Assembly (NCBI GenBank): GCA_016839765.1
Contig: JAEOTP010000087.1
Coordinates: 15,742 to 79,741, forward strand
Direction of reading: 5' to 3'
DNA: 64,000 nt
From: Promethearchaeota archaeon
Lineage (GTDB): Archaea; Asgardarchaeota; Lokiarchaeia; Sigyniarchaeales; SOKP01
Both the position numbers and the translations under genes were made by a program. The notes beneath the pieces were generated by a model. The model was given only the letters and a program-made list of their open reading frames with translations. It was not told the origin of the DNA and did no database searches. Each line of letters starts with the position of its first letter. Position 1 is the first letter of the stretch. Below are positions 9,244 through 18,403 of the stretch, one piece after another.

Positions 9244-10086
9244 ATGATAGCTTCCTTAAAAGATAGGATTAACTTTTATGAAGAATTCAAACAATTTTAT
9301 TCTAAAATAGTAAAAGATTTCAAGTTCGATCGCCATAGTGACAATGAAGCAAGAAATTTCTTACACGAAATTATATTAAAAAAATCTAAAGAATGGAATC
9401 TTGAAAAAGTTCTTGGTTCTCTTAATAGTCTTATTAAAAGCAAAGATATAATTTTAGTATACGGTTGTGGTCCTTCTTTAGAAGAAACAATAGATTATAT
9501 TCTTGATACTAAAGGAAAGGAAGTTTTTAATAATTTTCTTAATTTCACTGCAGATGGAGCATCCAGATTATTACGAGAAAATGAAATACGCGTTGATGCT
9601 GTTTTTACGGATTTAGACGGAATAACGGATATGGAATTTTACTATTCAAAATTTGTAGTCCTTCATGCTCATGGAGATAATCTAGATAAATTGCAAGATT
9701 TTGAAAAACATATTATTAGATTTGAAAATTTAATATGTACTACTCAAGTAGAACCTCTTGAAAATATTATTAATCATGGTGGTTTTACTGATGGAGATCG
9801 AATTTTATTTTTTTTAAAATCTCTAGTATCATCGGAACACAAAATATTTTTAATTGGGATGGATTTTAACAAATTTATTGGAAAATATAGCAAAATTGGT
9901 AAACTTGAGAATTTTAAAGGTTCAAAAATTAAAATTATGAAATTAAGATACGCAAGGACCTTAATAGAATGGATTCAAAATAAGATTAAATGTCCAATTT
10001 ATTATGTAAATTCCACAACGAAATCTAAGAGCTTTCTAAACATTTCATTAAATAGTTTTAAGAAAGCAGTTTTAGATAAATATTAA
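9244..10086 (+). CDS. mptE: 6-hydroxymethyl-7,8-dihydropterin pyrophosphokinase (DUF115)
   Basis: GCGPSL, ADGA, TDLDG, HAHGDN, GGFTDGDR, GMDF motifs. Confidence 0.88.
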   Translation: MIASLKDRINFYEEFKQFYSKIVKDFKFDRHSDNEARNFLHEIILKKSKEWNLEKVLGSLNSLIKSKDIILVYGCGPSLEETIDYILDTKGKEVFNNFLNFTADGASRLLRENEIRVDAVFTDLDGITDMEFYYSKFVVLHAHGDNLDKLQDFEKHIIRFENLICTTQVEPLENIINHGGFTDGDRILFFLKSLVSSEHKIFLIGMDFNKFIGKYSKIGKLENFKGSKIKIMKLRYARTLIEWIQNKIKCPIYYVNSTTKSKSFLNISLNSFKKAVLDKY

Positions 10087-10881
10087 TTAGAGTTTATAAT
10101 CTTTAATTCCTTCAGAAGTTATTTTATATAATGCTTTTTTTTCTGGAAGGGAAAAAGAATTAACTAAATGGGCATATCCAATTGATTCTTCCTTAAAGCT
10201 TAAATATAAGAACTCTGAAAAGAAGTGGCTAAGAAATTGAATTCCTACGGGAATGTGATTAATAATAGAGTTATTAACAAAATTAGGAGTAATTTGAGCT
10301 GTTATTATTGTTATTAAGTTATATTTGTCAGTAATATGATTAAAATATTCCAAGATTTTCATAAAAGTTGTTTTAGCTTTTAAATAGCTAATATTTGAAT
10401 CAGCTTGCTCAAGGCGATAGTGATTATTAATTGAATCTATCAAAATCACTTTGAAATTTTTACTTTTTATCAAGTTTTTAATATTTTTCAAATTTAAGAG
10501 GAACATCGAATTACTCATGATCTTTGAAACTAAAATACTTTTTAATACCTCAGCTGAATTAAGTCTTTGAATTTCTGCTAGTTCATTAATTCTCTCTGGT
10601 CGAAAGGTATTTTCAGTATCTATATAAATAGAATTAGAAAATTTTTTATATGCTTCAATGCATAACTGATGACATAATTGAGTTTTCCCAGTACTATTTT
10701 CTCCAAATATTAAATATTTTTTTCCTGAATGGAATCCCCCATTCATTATTTTATTCAAATCTTTTGACCCTGAACATGATAAATTGGATTGTTTTAAATT
10801 TTTACCTTGTTCATTAATTATAACATTAGCATCAACGTATTGATTTGTTTTATTAAGAAATTTGGAAATGTCAATATTCAT
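10087..10881 (-). CDS. RadA/Rad51-like ATPase paralogue lacking the N-terminal HhH domain
   Basis: Walker A GENSTGKTQLCHQL, YIDTENTFRPERI, Walker B ILIDSI. Confidence 0.82.
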   Translation of the reverse strand: MNIDISKFLNKTNQYVDANVIINEQGKNLKQSNLSCSGSKDLNKIMNGGFHSGKKYLIFGENSTGKTQLCHQLCIEAYKKFSNSIYIDTENTFRPERINELAEIQRLNSAEVLKSILVSKIMSNSMFLLNLKNIKNLIKSKNFKVILIDSINNHYRLEQADSNISYLKAKTTFMKILEYFNHITDKYNLITIITAQITPNFVNNSIINHIPVGIQFLSHFFSEFLYLSFKEESIGYAHLVNSFSLPEKKALYKITSEGIKDYKL

Positions 10882-11032
10882 CTTTTATCTATAAATTTTA
10901 TTTAAAATCTTTAATTACTATGAAGAATTTAATCAATAAAACATTAATAAGTAATACTAAAAAAATAAAACAAAAAATTAATTTTGAAATAATCATAAAG
11001 TATATTGCTAAACTAAATAATCAATATTAAAC

Positions 11033-11644
11033 ATGGCAAAGAAAAAAAAAGAAGTTTGTCCTTATTGTGGCAATAGTTTTGCATATTTATCGCGCCATAA
11101 ATGTAAAGTAAAAGAAAGATTGGAGAGTCCTGAAGATTCTGATAAATCTGAGGTTGATAGAAGAATAGAAAGAATAGAAGAAAGGAAAAAACATTTCTCT
11201 AGGAATCTTAAAAAAGAAGAAAAGATTGTTCTTGACATTATAAATAAAAGAGGAAATTTATATTTTGAAGATCTACTAGAAATTACGAATAAAAATCGCA
11301 ATGAATTGGATGATATTTTAGACATTTTATCTTTACAATCAAAAATTAAACTAAGAAGAGAATTAGTTGATGCATCTTGGACAAAATTCATATCTGCTAT
11401 TGAGGAAATTGAATTAAAAGTAAAAGATGTAAAAATTGATGAAAAAAAAAAGGATTTTATCTTAGATATTTTTTCATATCAACCATGCTTAATTTGTCCA
11501 TTCATCAATAGGTGTAGTGAAACTAGTAATGATCAATTTAATCCTAAGGTTTGTCCCTGGCTCACAGATTGGATTTACTCCTTATTAGAAGGTAGAATGT
11601 ATAAAGTGAATTTTGAGGAGATTCAATCAGAGACTTTAGAGTAA
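11033..11644 (+). CDS. TFE-beta / RNA polymerase III RPC34-like factor (winged helix + Fe-S cluster) with extra N-terminal Zn finger
   Basis: C-terminal PCLICP-x4-C...NPKVCPWLTDW Fe-S motif; central wHTH; N-terminal CPYC-x9-HKC. Confidence 0.7.
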   Translation: MAKKKKEVCPYCGNSFAYLSRHKCKVKERLESPEDSDKSEVDRRIERIEERKKHFSRNLKKEEKIVLDIINKRGNLYFEDLLEITNKNRNELDDILDILSLQSKIKLRRELVDASWTKFISAIEEIELKVKDVKIDEKKKDFILDIFSYQPCLICPFINRCSETSNDQFNPKVCPWLTDWIYSLLEGRMYKVNFEEIQSETLE

Positions 11645-12280
11645 TTACTTCTTTTTTAATGCAATAAGATAAATTTCATTGCTTTTTTTATATGAAGATT
11701 TTGGTTTAAAACTTTTAATATTAATGAATTTTTTTTTTAAAACCTTATAAAATTCTTCATAATCGTTTCCTTGAAAGAGCTTAATAACAAAGTTTCCTTT
11801 ATATTTCAAAAATTTTGTTATTTTTAATATTTCATAGCATAGTTTTATTTGTCTTGCTTGATCACTAAATTTGTTTCCAGATTTATTTATACTTGCATCA
11901 GAAATTATTAAATCTAACTTTTCTCTATTAAAATATTCGTTTATTTTATTAGTTAATTCTTTATTCGTGAGATCCATTCTAACAATTTCTACATCCTCAA
12001 TTGGAGTTAGCTTCTTAAGATCAACGCCCATAATTTTATAATAGGTTCTAGAGTAGTGATTATCATTATATTTTTCTAAATTTTCAATGGCAAATTGTTT
12101 TGTAACCTGTAGCCAAGAGCCAGGGGCACTTCCCAAGTCAAGAATATAAAATGCTCTTTTGAAGATATTAAACCTTTTTTGTATTTCAATAAGTTTAAAC
12201 GCGGAACGCGCTCTATATCCCTTTTGTTTAGCTTTTCTATAATGAGATTCTTTCCTATGATTTACTGGATATTTAGACAC
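11645..12280 (-). CDS. rlmE: 23S rRNA 2'-O-methyltransferase RlmE/FtsJ
   Basis: YRARSAFKL, DLGSAPGSWLQ, SDAS, K-F-G, KP-SS-x3-NEIY. Confidence 0.92.
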   Translation of the reverse strand: MSKYPVNHRKESHYRKAKQKGYRARSAFKLIEIQKRFNIFKRAFYILDLGSAPGSWLQVTKQFAIENLEKYNDNHYSRTYYKIMGVDLKKLTPIEDVEIVRMDLTNKELTNKINEYFNREKLDLIISDASINKSGNKFSDQARQIKLCYEILKITKFLKYKGNFVIKLFQGNDYEEFYKVLKKKFINIKSFKPKSSYKKSNEIYLIALKKK

Positions 12281-12292
12281 ATTCGACGACTC

Positions 12293-13543
12293 TTATTTCT
12301 CTATTTCAATTAATATTTTTTGTAACTCATTTATTCCAATATCTGTTTTTATTGATAAAAAATCAAAATGAGTTCTTGAAGCTTGACCACCAATTCTTTT
12401 TATTTGTTCAATTATTAAATCAATTTTAGGTATTTGGGATAATTTCAGCCTTTCACATAAGAGATGTATATTATAGTAAGTAATAGGCATATCAATTTCA
12501 CTTGATATCAAGCTTAGAATTTTATTAACTTTTTTCTTAGTAAAATGATTTGAGTTTGAATTATGAAAAAGAACTCGTTTAATAAATTCTTTATCATGGA
12601 TTTTTTCAATCCAAAGAGGTCCAGCATATTCAGTTATCTCACTTTCCTTACAAGATGGGCATTGATGAGGAACTTTTACAATGTTACTACTATATACGGA
12701 ACGGTGCCCACAATTATTACAGTGTATGATATATCCATAATTAGAAAAGTTAGAATAAATCTTATCTTTATTTTGATAAGTATGGGCAATAATTTTTATG
12801 AAATGACTTGAATAAAATGTCAATAATGGACTTATGCCGAGATTATTTATATTAGCTATTTTTGATATAAAATGAAGTAAAATTCTTGCACCAGTTTCTT
12901 TACAATATTCATTATGAAGAGGTTTAGACATATATTTTTTAAAGCATGCTTTCTTTCTGACACCAAATAGAACTGCTGTATCAGTTGCAGTTATACATAA
13001 TAACCCATTTTCTTTTTGAATTAGTTTCAACGCTGAATCAACAAAATGAGAAGGTGTACCAAATGGATCGATTATTATTACATTCGGACGCTTAGTTTTT
13101 TTTTTTCTTTTTAAATTTAATTTAATTTGTTGGGTTAATTTTAAACATAATAAGTTGGAATCTTCATTAGTTACTTCTACATGAGAAGGATTGATCTTAT
13201 TTAATTCTAGATTTTTTTTTATAAGGTTTATTGCTAAAGGATTTAAATCATTTATATATAGTTTTTTGATATTTTTGCATTCTTGTAGCAATCTTATGGA
13301 CCCTATTCCTGATGCCGCCATAGAATCCAATATTATTAAAGATTCTGGATTAAATAATTCATTATATGTAATAATAGAAGAAATAGTTATATCACGGTTT
13401 ATTTCCATCTTTTTATTATAAAAAACCTCCATAGATTTTGATGGAATTTTATCTTTATCTGAATTATGTATATAAAAATCAACAGAACTTTCTTTCCGTA
13501 ATAAATATTTTTTCTTCTCTTGACTCTTCTTATTTCTTCTCAT
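12293..13543 (-). CDS. trm1: tRNA (guanine26-N2)-dimethyltransferase
   Basis: VFYN-x-M-x-NRD, SGIGSIR, IDPFGTP, ITATD, two CxxC, GPLW, SRTHF. Confidence 0.92.
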   Translation of the reverse strand: MRRNKKSQEKKKYLLRKESSVDFYIHNSDKDKIPSKSMEVFYNKKMEINRDITISSIITYNELFNPESLIILDSMAASGIGSIRLLQECKNIKKLYINDLNPLAINLIKKNLELNKINPSHVEVTNEDSNLLCLKLTQQIKLNLKRKKKTKRPNVIIIDPFGTPSHFVDSALKLIQKENGLLCITATDTAVLFGVRKKACFKKYMSKPLHNEYCKETGARILLHFISKIANINNLGISPLLTFYSSHFIKIIAHTYQNKDKIYSNFSNYGYIIHCNNCGHRSVYSSNIVKVPHQCPSCKESEITEYAGPLWIEKIHDKEFIKRVLFHNSNSNHFTKKKVNKILSLISSEIDMPITYYNIHLLCERLKLSQIPKIDLIIEQIKRIGGQASRTHFDFLSIKTDIGINELQKILIEIEK

Positions 13544-13602
13544 AATTAAAATTTTTATTTAATTTATAGAACAAAATAAATTTATTTAATTATAAATAAA
13601 TT

Positions 13603-14595
13603 TTAAAGAGTAAGATAGAGATCTACTGCTTTTTTACTCCCTAAAATTCCACCATATGTAAGAGAATGAATTTTTTTAACATTATCTCTCTTTAAAGGTT
13701 CAAAGTCTTCTATATATTTTATTTTTTCTTTTTTATTTAAATACTCTAAAGCTATAAATTCTCCTTCAAGAGATTTTGTAATAAAAGCCAATGGCAACCA
13801 TTCATAATAAACTCTTATTTTTGGATTTGGAGAGGGAAAATAGGCATATATGCCACCATAATTAACGATCGCATGAAAATCTCCTACAAAACTACCACTA
13901 TAACGATCTTTAAAGCGTCTATTCATTAACAATTTCTCATAATTTTTGTATTTATCAATCCACTGGGTAATATCTCCTCCAACACACCTAATACTTTTCT
14001 CTTCTTTATTAGGCATTATTTTTAATTCTTGAAATACATAATGATAGAAAGTCATACTGTAAGGTGAAGTATCTAAAATGAATTCAGCAACTTTACCATT
14101 AATAGCTAAAACAAGATTGGTAAAGATTCCATAGAGGACATAAAACCCACATACTATTTTCCCCATTTCATTATAAATTCCTACTATAGTTCCAACTGTT
14201 CTATTAACAGCAACATTAGAAGAGCCATCAACAGGATCAATGGTAATTCCAAACGTTCCATCACCTAACACAGGTTCTGACTCCTCAGATGCGATAAAAG
14301 AAAAGCTTACATTTCCTTCATTTAAAGCTTTTAGGATTATGCTATGAGTTAAAATGTCTTCATGAATTTGTGTTTCTTCAAAAATATTTTTAGAATCATA
14401 AGTTGGTCTTTTAATATTCATTCTATGTTCTATCTCGCGAGAGGTTATTCCTCTTTCTAATAAGCCTCGAACGGGAATCGTGGCTTCAGCAATGGTTTCA
14501 ATAATTTCAATTATTTCTCCTTTATTTGGGAAGGAGTGAGGAATATATCTCTCTAACCATCTAGATAGCTTTATTTTCTCACTTTTAGCATTCAT
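13603..14595 (-). CDS. fbp: Class I fructose-1,6-bisphosphatase (divergent)
   Basis: ASEE, IDPVDGSSN, VGTI, RYSGSFVGDFH, GGIY-Y-P, K-R-xYE. Confidence 0.82.
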   Translation of the reverse strand: MNAKSEKIKLSRWLERYIPHSFPNKGEIIEIIETIAEATIPVRGLLERGITSREIEHRMNIKRPTYDSKNIFEETQIHEDILTHSIILKALNEGNVSFSFIASEESEPVLGDGTFGITIDPVDGSSNVAVNRTVGTIVGIYNEMGKIVCGFYVLYGIFTNLVLAINGKVAEFILDTSPYSMTFYHYVFQELKIMPNKEEKSIRCVGGDITQWIDKYKNYEKLLMNRRFKDRYSGSFVGDFHAIVNYGGIYAYFPSPNPKIRVYYEWLPLAFITKSLEGEFIALEYLNKKEKIKYIEDFEPLKRDNVKKIHSLTYGGILGSKKAVDLYLTL

Positions 14596-14658
14596 ATGTA
14601 AAAAATAAATTTCTTAATTATATTTTAATTTCTTCAATTGCATTAATGAAAAGTTATA

Positions 14659-14700
14659 GATAATTCTTTATACATGCTCAACATTATAATGAGAATTATC
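14659..14700. repeat. Imperfect inverted repeat upstream of fbp
   Basis: GATAATTCT-TTATA-C-ATG-CTCAA-CAT-TATAA-TG-AGAATTATC. Confidence 0.45.
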
Positions 14701-14768
14701 CAACAAAAATAGAAACCAACTAAAAATTTTTTTAAAAACTCATATTCTATTGGAAATTATTTTTTAGT

Positions 14769-15461
14769 TCAAATAAATCCATCTTGTGTGAGAGTTGATA
14801 AAGATTCAATTACTTTTTTATTAATCCTTTTTTTAAAAACAAATTTCCGACAGTTTAATTTGTTTGTTCGTAAAATTTTGAGCGAATTGTCAATCCAATA
14901 ATCCATGACCTTACCACCACTTTGAACTTCAATTAATTGTCCGTTTTGATTAATATTAGTTTGAGTATTTACAACTAGAATATTAATGCTGTATTTCTTA
15001 TTTAAAAAAAATAAATTTGCTAAAATCTGATTTAATTTATAATTCAATAAAAAATTTTTTTCTTTACTTTCTCTATTGAGCTCCAATCGGTATAAATCAG
15101 TTATAGAATCGATAATTATTAAATCTATAATGGTATTAGGTTTTTTATAACTTTCTAGTACTATAAATTCTAAATTGAAAACTAAGGAATATAGATCTTC
15201 AAAATTTAAAGATTTAATAAAAATCATGTTATCTAAGGTATTTCTTACTGATTTTTGGACAATATTATTTATTTTCTCAAAAGGAAAATTAGGTTTTGTA
15301 TAGATATAAATTATTTTTTTTTTACCTGATGCATAATTTATAGCTTTTTGTAGTGAAAAGGTGGTTTTTCCAACTCCAAAATCACCCCATACAGAAAGAA
15401 TTCCCTTAACCGGAAAAATATAATTAAATAACTCGTTGAAGGGTTTTATTAAATAATCCAT
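14769..15461 (-). CDS. radB: RadB-like recombination ATPase
   Basis: WGDFGVGKTT Walker A, IIIDSI Walker B, LYR, GG-x-V-x-YW. Confidence 0.7.
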   Translation of the reverse strand: MDYLIKPFNELFNYIFPVKGILSVWGDFGVGKTTFSLQKAINYASGKKKIIYIYTKPNFPFEKINNIVQKSVRNTLDNMIFIKSLNFEDLYSLVFNLEFIVLESYKKPNTIIDLIIIDSITDLYRLELNRESKEKNFLLNYKLNQILANLFFLNKKYSINILVVNTQTNINQNGQLIEVQSGGKVMDYWIDNSLKILRTNKLNCRKFVFKKRINKKVIESLSTLTQDGFI

Positions 15462-15482
15462 TATTATAAATTTTTAAATCAA

Positions 15483-16367
15483 TTGTTAATTTATATAATT
15501 AATTTGAGAAAATTACCTTTATATATATTCACAGAAAATTTGAATTTTTTTTTTAGATTAAATAAGGAATTAAGAGAGAAAAAAATCCAATTTAAAATTT
15601 TGAATATCGGAAATAAGTTACCAAACACTCCATCATTAATCCTTACTACAAGTAAAGAGCTTAATAGAGTAGAAAGAGTAAACAATAAAGCTATAATTTT
15701 AGCTTATTCAGATACTCAAAAGTTTGAAAATTATTTTTTAGAAGTATTATCTTCTTATAGAGTTGGATATAAAGAGATTTATTCCTCTCTTACATTTTCA
15801 ATTGATCCTGGTAAAAAAATAGGTTTAATGATTTTTCTAGATGAATATTTTTTAGATTCTTATTGTTGTTTCAAAGAATTAGCCTTTATACATATTTTAG
15901 AAGAATATATTGCATATTTTGGGAGTAAAAATGAAAATTTATGGTTAAATTTCAAATTTGGGATAGGAGTTATTTCAGTAACTCATAAATTAGTGGAACT
16001 TATATTTAATAATTATAAAGACAGAAAATTTATAAGAATTTTTTTAATTGACGAATATAAGTCATCAAAAATAAGAATATATAATAAAAGAAAGACAAAA
16101 TTCTCTAAAGATGAGATAGCCGCATTGATTATAGCTTTGCGAGAAGGGATAGAGGTAAATCTCGTTAATTATGAAACTTTCTTTAATCAAATTAAGACAA
16201 AAAGATTAAAGATTGAGAGATGGAAGGATTTTAAATTTGAAAAGAATAATGGATATGATCTTTCATTAGAAGCTATAGCAAAAAGGGTACTAAATGGAGA
16301 ATTATCCTTAACGGAATCAACAAAGATTATTAAAGAAAATTCTTATCTTTCGAAAAACAAAAATTAA
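15483..16367 (+). CDS. RNase H-fold YqgF/resolvase-like protein
   Basis: SIDPGKKIGL, DEYKSS, DEIAALIIA catalytic pattern. Confidence 0.6.
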   Translation: MLIYIINLRKLPLYIFTENLNFFFRLNKELREKKIQFKILNIGNKLPNTPSLILTTSKELNRVERVNNKAIILAYSDTQKFENYFLEVLSSYRVGYKEIYSSLTFSIDPGKKIGLMIFLDEYFLDSYCCFKELAFIHILEEYIAYFGSKNENLWLNFKFGIGVISVTHKLVELIFNNYKDRKFIRIFLIDEYKSSKIRIYNKRKTKFSKDEIAALIIALREGIEVNLVNYETFFNQIKTKRLKIERWKDFKFEKNNGYDLSLEAIAKRVLNGELSLTESTKIIKENSYLSKNKN

Positions 16368-16458
16368 TTAATAAGTTTTTATTTGTTTTTTTAAACTTAG
16401 GAATAAGATTTAGTTACCATTTATTTGTTAGATTTTATACTAATTAATCAGTTTTAGA

Positions 16459-17526
16459 ATGAATAGATTTAAAACGATTGATACACTTCGGGGAATAAGC
16501 ATAGTTTGGATGATAATCGGTCATTTGACTGAGTGGTGGATATTAAGTGAGGATTTTTGGTTTTTCAATACACTGCGTTCAATAGGAGACCCATTAGGTT
16601 CAGGAGCATTTTTATTTATTGCTGGAGTAAGTACTGCGTTGTCCTATAAAAAAAATATTCAGGATAGAGAAATAAATAGCATAAAAATGTATAGGAGGGC
16701 GTATTTACTTCGTACATCCATTATATTTATAATTGCTTTGATATATAATGCTCTTATTTCTATAAAAATGAATAATCCTGCAGATATTTGGACTTGGTTT
16801 ATTTTATTAACACTTTCTGTGTCATTATTTTTAGGTTGGCCCTTATTAAAAACCAGTAAACGTTTCAGAATATATTTAGGTTTAATTTTATGGGTCATTA
16901 ATCTATTTTTAATGAATTATCTATTGAATTTTAGTGGACAAATGAATTTTCTTGGCATCCTTAATCATCTCCTATATAATAGATTGGGATTAGATCCTAT
17001 TTTATCATTCTTCACATTTTTTATAATTGGAACAGTTATCGGAGAGATAATTTTTGAAATTTATTTAATCGAGGATCGAAAGGAGAGAAAATTTATCTTA
17101 AAGAAGAAATTATTGATTCCAGGATTAATATTTGGTATAATTTTGATTATTTTTGGGATATTCTTTCGATTTCCTAATTTCTTGCATCATCGAACATTTT
17201 CTTGGTTAGTTTATTCAATAGGTATTCAACTAATATTAATATCTTCTCTGATTTTTATTGAGGAAATTGAGGTATTTCGTTTTAAGAAAAACTATAAATT
17301 TCTTTATTATTTTTCATACTATTCTCTTTCTATTTATCTAATTCATAATGTATTATTTTTTATTTTTCAAAACAGCTTACAGTATGTATATCTCTTGATG
17401 TATATTTCAATCACTCTCTTTTCACTTGGTATTTTACTGAGAATTATTCATACTAAGATCGGCCCACATTTTTCAATTAAGATACAGATTGGAAGATTAA
17501 GTAGAGCCCTAGCAAAGAGAATATAA
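16459..17526 (+). CDS. Multi-pass acyltransferase, HGSNAT/DUF1624 family
   Basis: RFKTIDTLRG-x3-WMIIGH, FLFIAGVS, SLSIYLIH; about 10 TMs. Confidence 0.8.
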   Translation: MNRFKTIDTLRGISIVWMIIGHLTEWWILSEDFWFFNTLRSIGDPLGSGAFLFIAGVSTALSYKKNIQDREINSIKMYRRAYLLRTSIIFIIALIYNALISIKMNNPADIWTWFILLTLSVSLFLGWPLLKTSKRFRIYLGLILWVINLFLMNYLLNFSGQMNFLGILNHLLYNRLGLDPILSFFTFFIIGTVIGEIIFEIYLIEDRKERKFILKKKLLIPGLIFGIILIIFGIFFRFPNFLHHRTFSWLVYSIGIQLILISSLIFIEEIEVFRFKKNYKFLYYFSYYSLSIYLIHNVLFFIFQNSLQYVYLLMYISITLFSLGILLRIIHTKIGPHFSIKIQIGRLSRALAKRI

Positions 17527-17602
17527 AATAAATTAAATAAAAACCTTAAAAAAGAAGGTATAATCTTAAAATTTAAGATTTCAATGTCAATAGAGTTATT
17601 TT

Positions 17603-18403
17603 ATGAAAGAGCGTATTGATATAATTTTAGTTGAAAGACGATTAGTAGAGAGTAGAGTAAAAGCCCAGTGGTTAATAAAAAGCGGTTTTGTATTAGTAAA
17701 TGGAGTGGTACTAAAAAAACCAGGAAAAAAGGTAAATAAAAAGGCTAATATTACATTGGAAAATGAATTTCCCTATGTAGGGCGTGGTGGGTTAAAATTA
17801 GAAGCAGCACTAAATAAATTTGCAATAATAGTGAAAAATAAAGTATGCGCTGATATTGGAGCTTCTATTGGGGGATTTACCGATTGTCTCATAAAACATA
17901 AAGCATTAAAAGTGTATGCTATAGATACAGCAAAAAATGTTCTACATCCATCATTAACGAGTAAATCATCCATTATTATCAAGTTGTTAGGAGTTGATGC
18001 ACGATCATTGATTGAATTGGATGAAAAGATTGATATCGTAACCATAGATATTACGTTTGCTTCATTAAAAACAATCCTACCAAATGTTAAGAATTATTTA
18101 AAAAGAAATGGAGATATTATTGTTTTAGTTAAACCACTTTTTGAAACAAATTTTTATGATAAAAAATTTTTTAAAATAATAACAAATTTTCAGAGGCTTA
18201 AAAAAATCTTACACGATTTTTTATACTGGAGTTCTGAAAATGATTTTTTTCCTTATGGGATAACCCAATCTCCAATTTTAGGTAAGGGGGGTTCAATAGA
18301 ATTTTTAGTTTATTTTAAAATAGACAAAGAAAGGAAACAATTCAAGATCTTTAAAGAAATTGAAGATGTTATCGATAATATAAATATCAGAGAGTTTAAA
18401 TAG
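17603..18403 (+). CDS. tlyA: TlyA-family rRNA 2'-O-methyltransferase (S4 + FtsJ)
   Basis: RID...SR-KA S4 domain, YVGRGGLKL, DIGASIGGFTD, LVKP-FE, SPI-G-x-G-x-EF. Confidence 0.88.
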   Translation: MKERIDIILVERRLVESRVKAQWLIKSGFVLVNGVVLKKPGKKVNKKANITLENEFPYVGRGGLKLEAALNKFAIIVKNKVCADIGASIGGFTDCLIKHKALKVYAIDTAKNVLHPSLTSKSSIIIKLLGVDARSLIELDEKIDIVTIDITFASLKTILPNVKNYLKRNGDIIVLVKPLFETNFYDKKFFKIITNFQRLKKILHDFLYWSSENDFFPYGITQSPILGKGGSIEFLVYFKIDKERKQFKIFKEIEDVIDNINIREFK

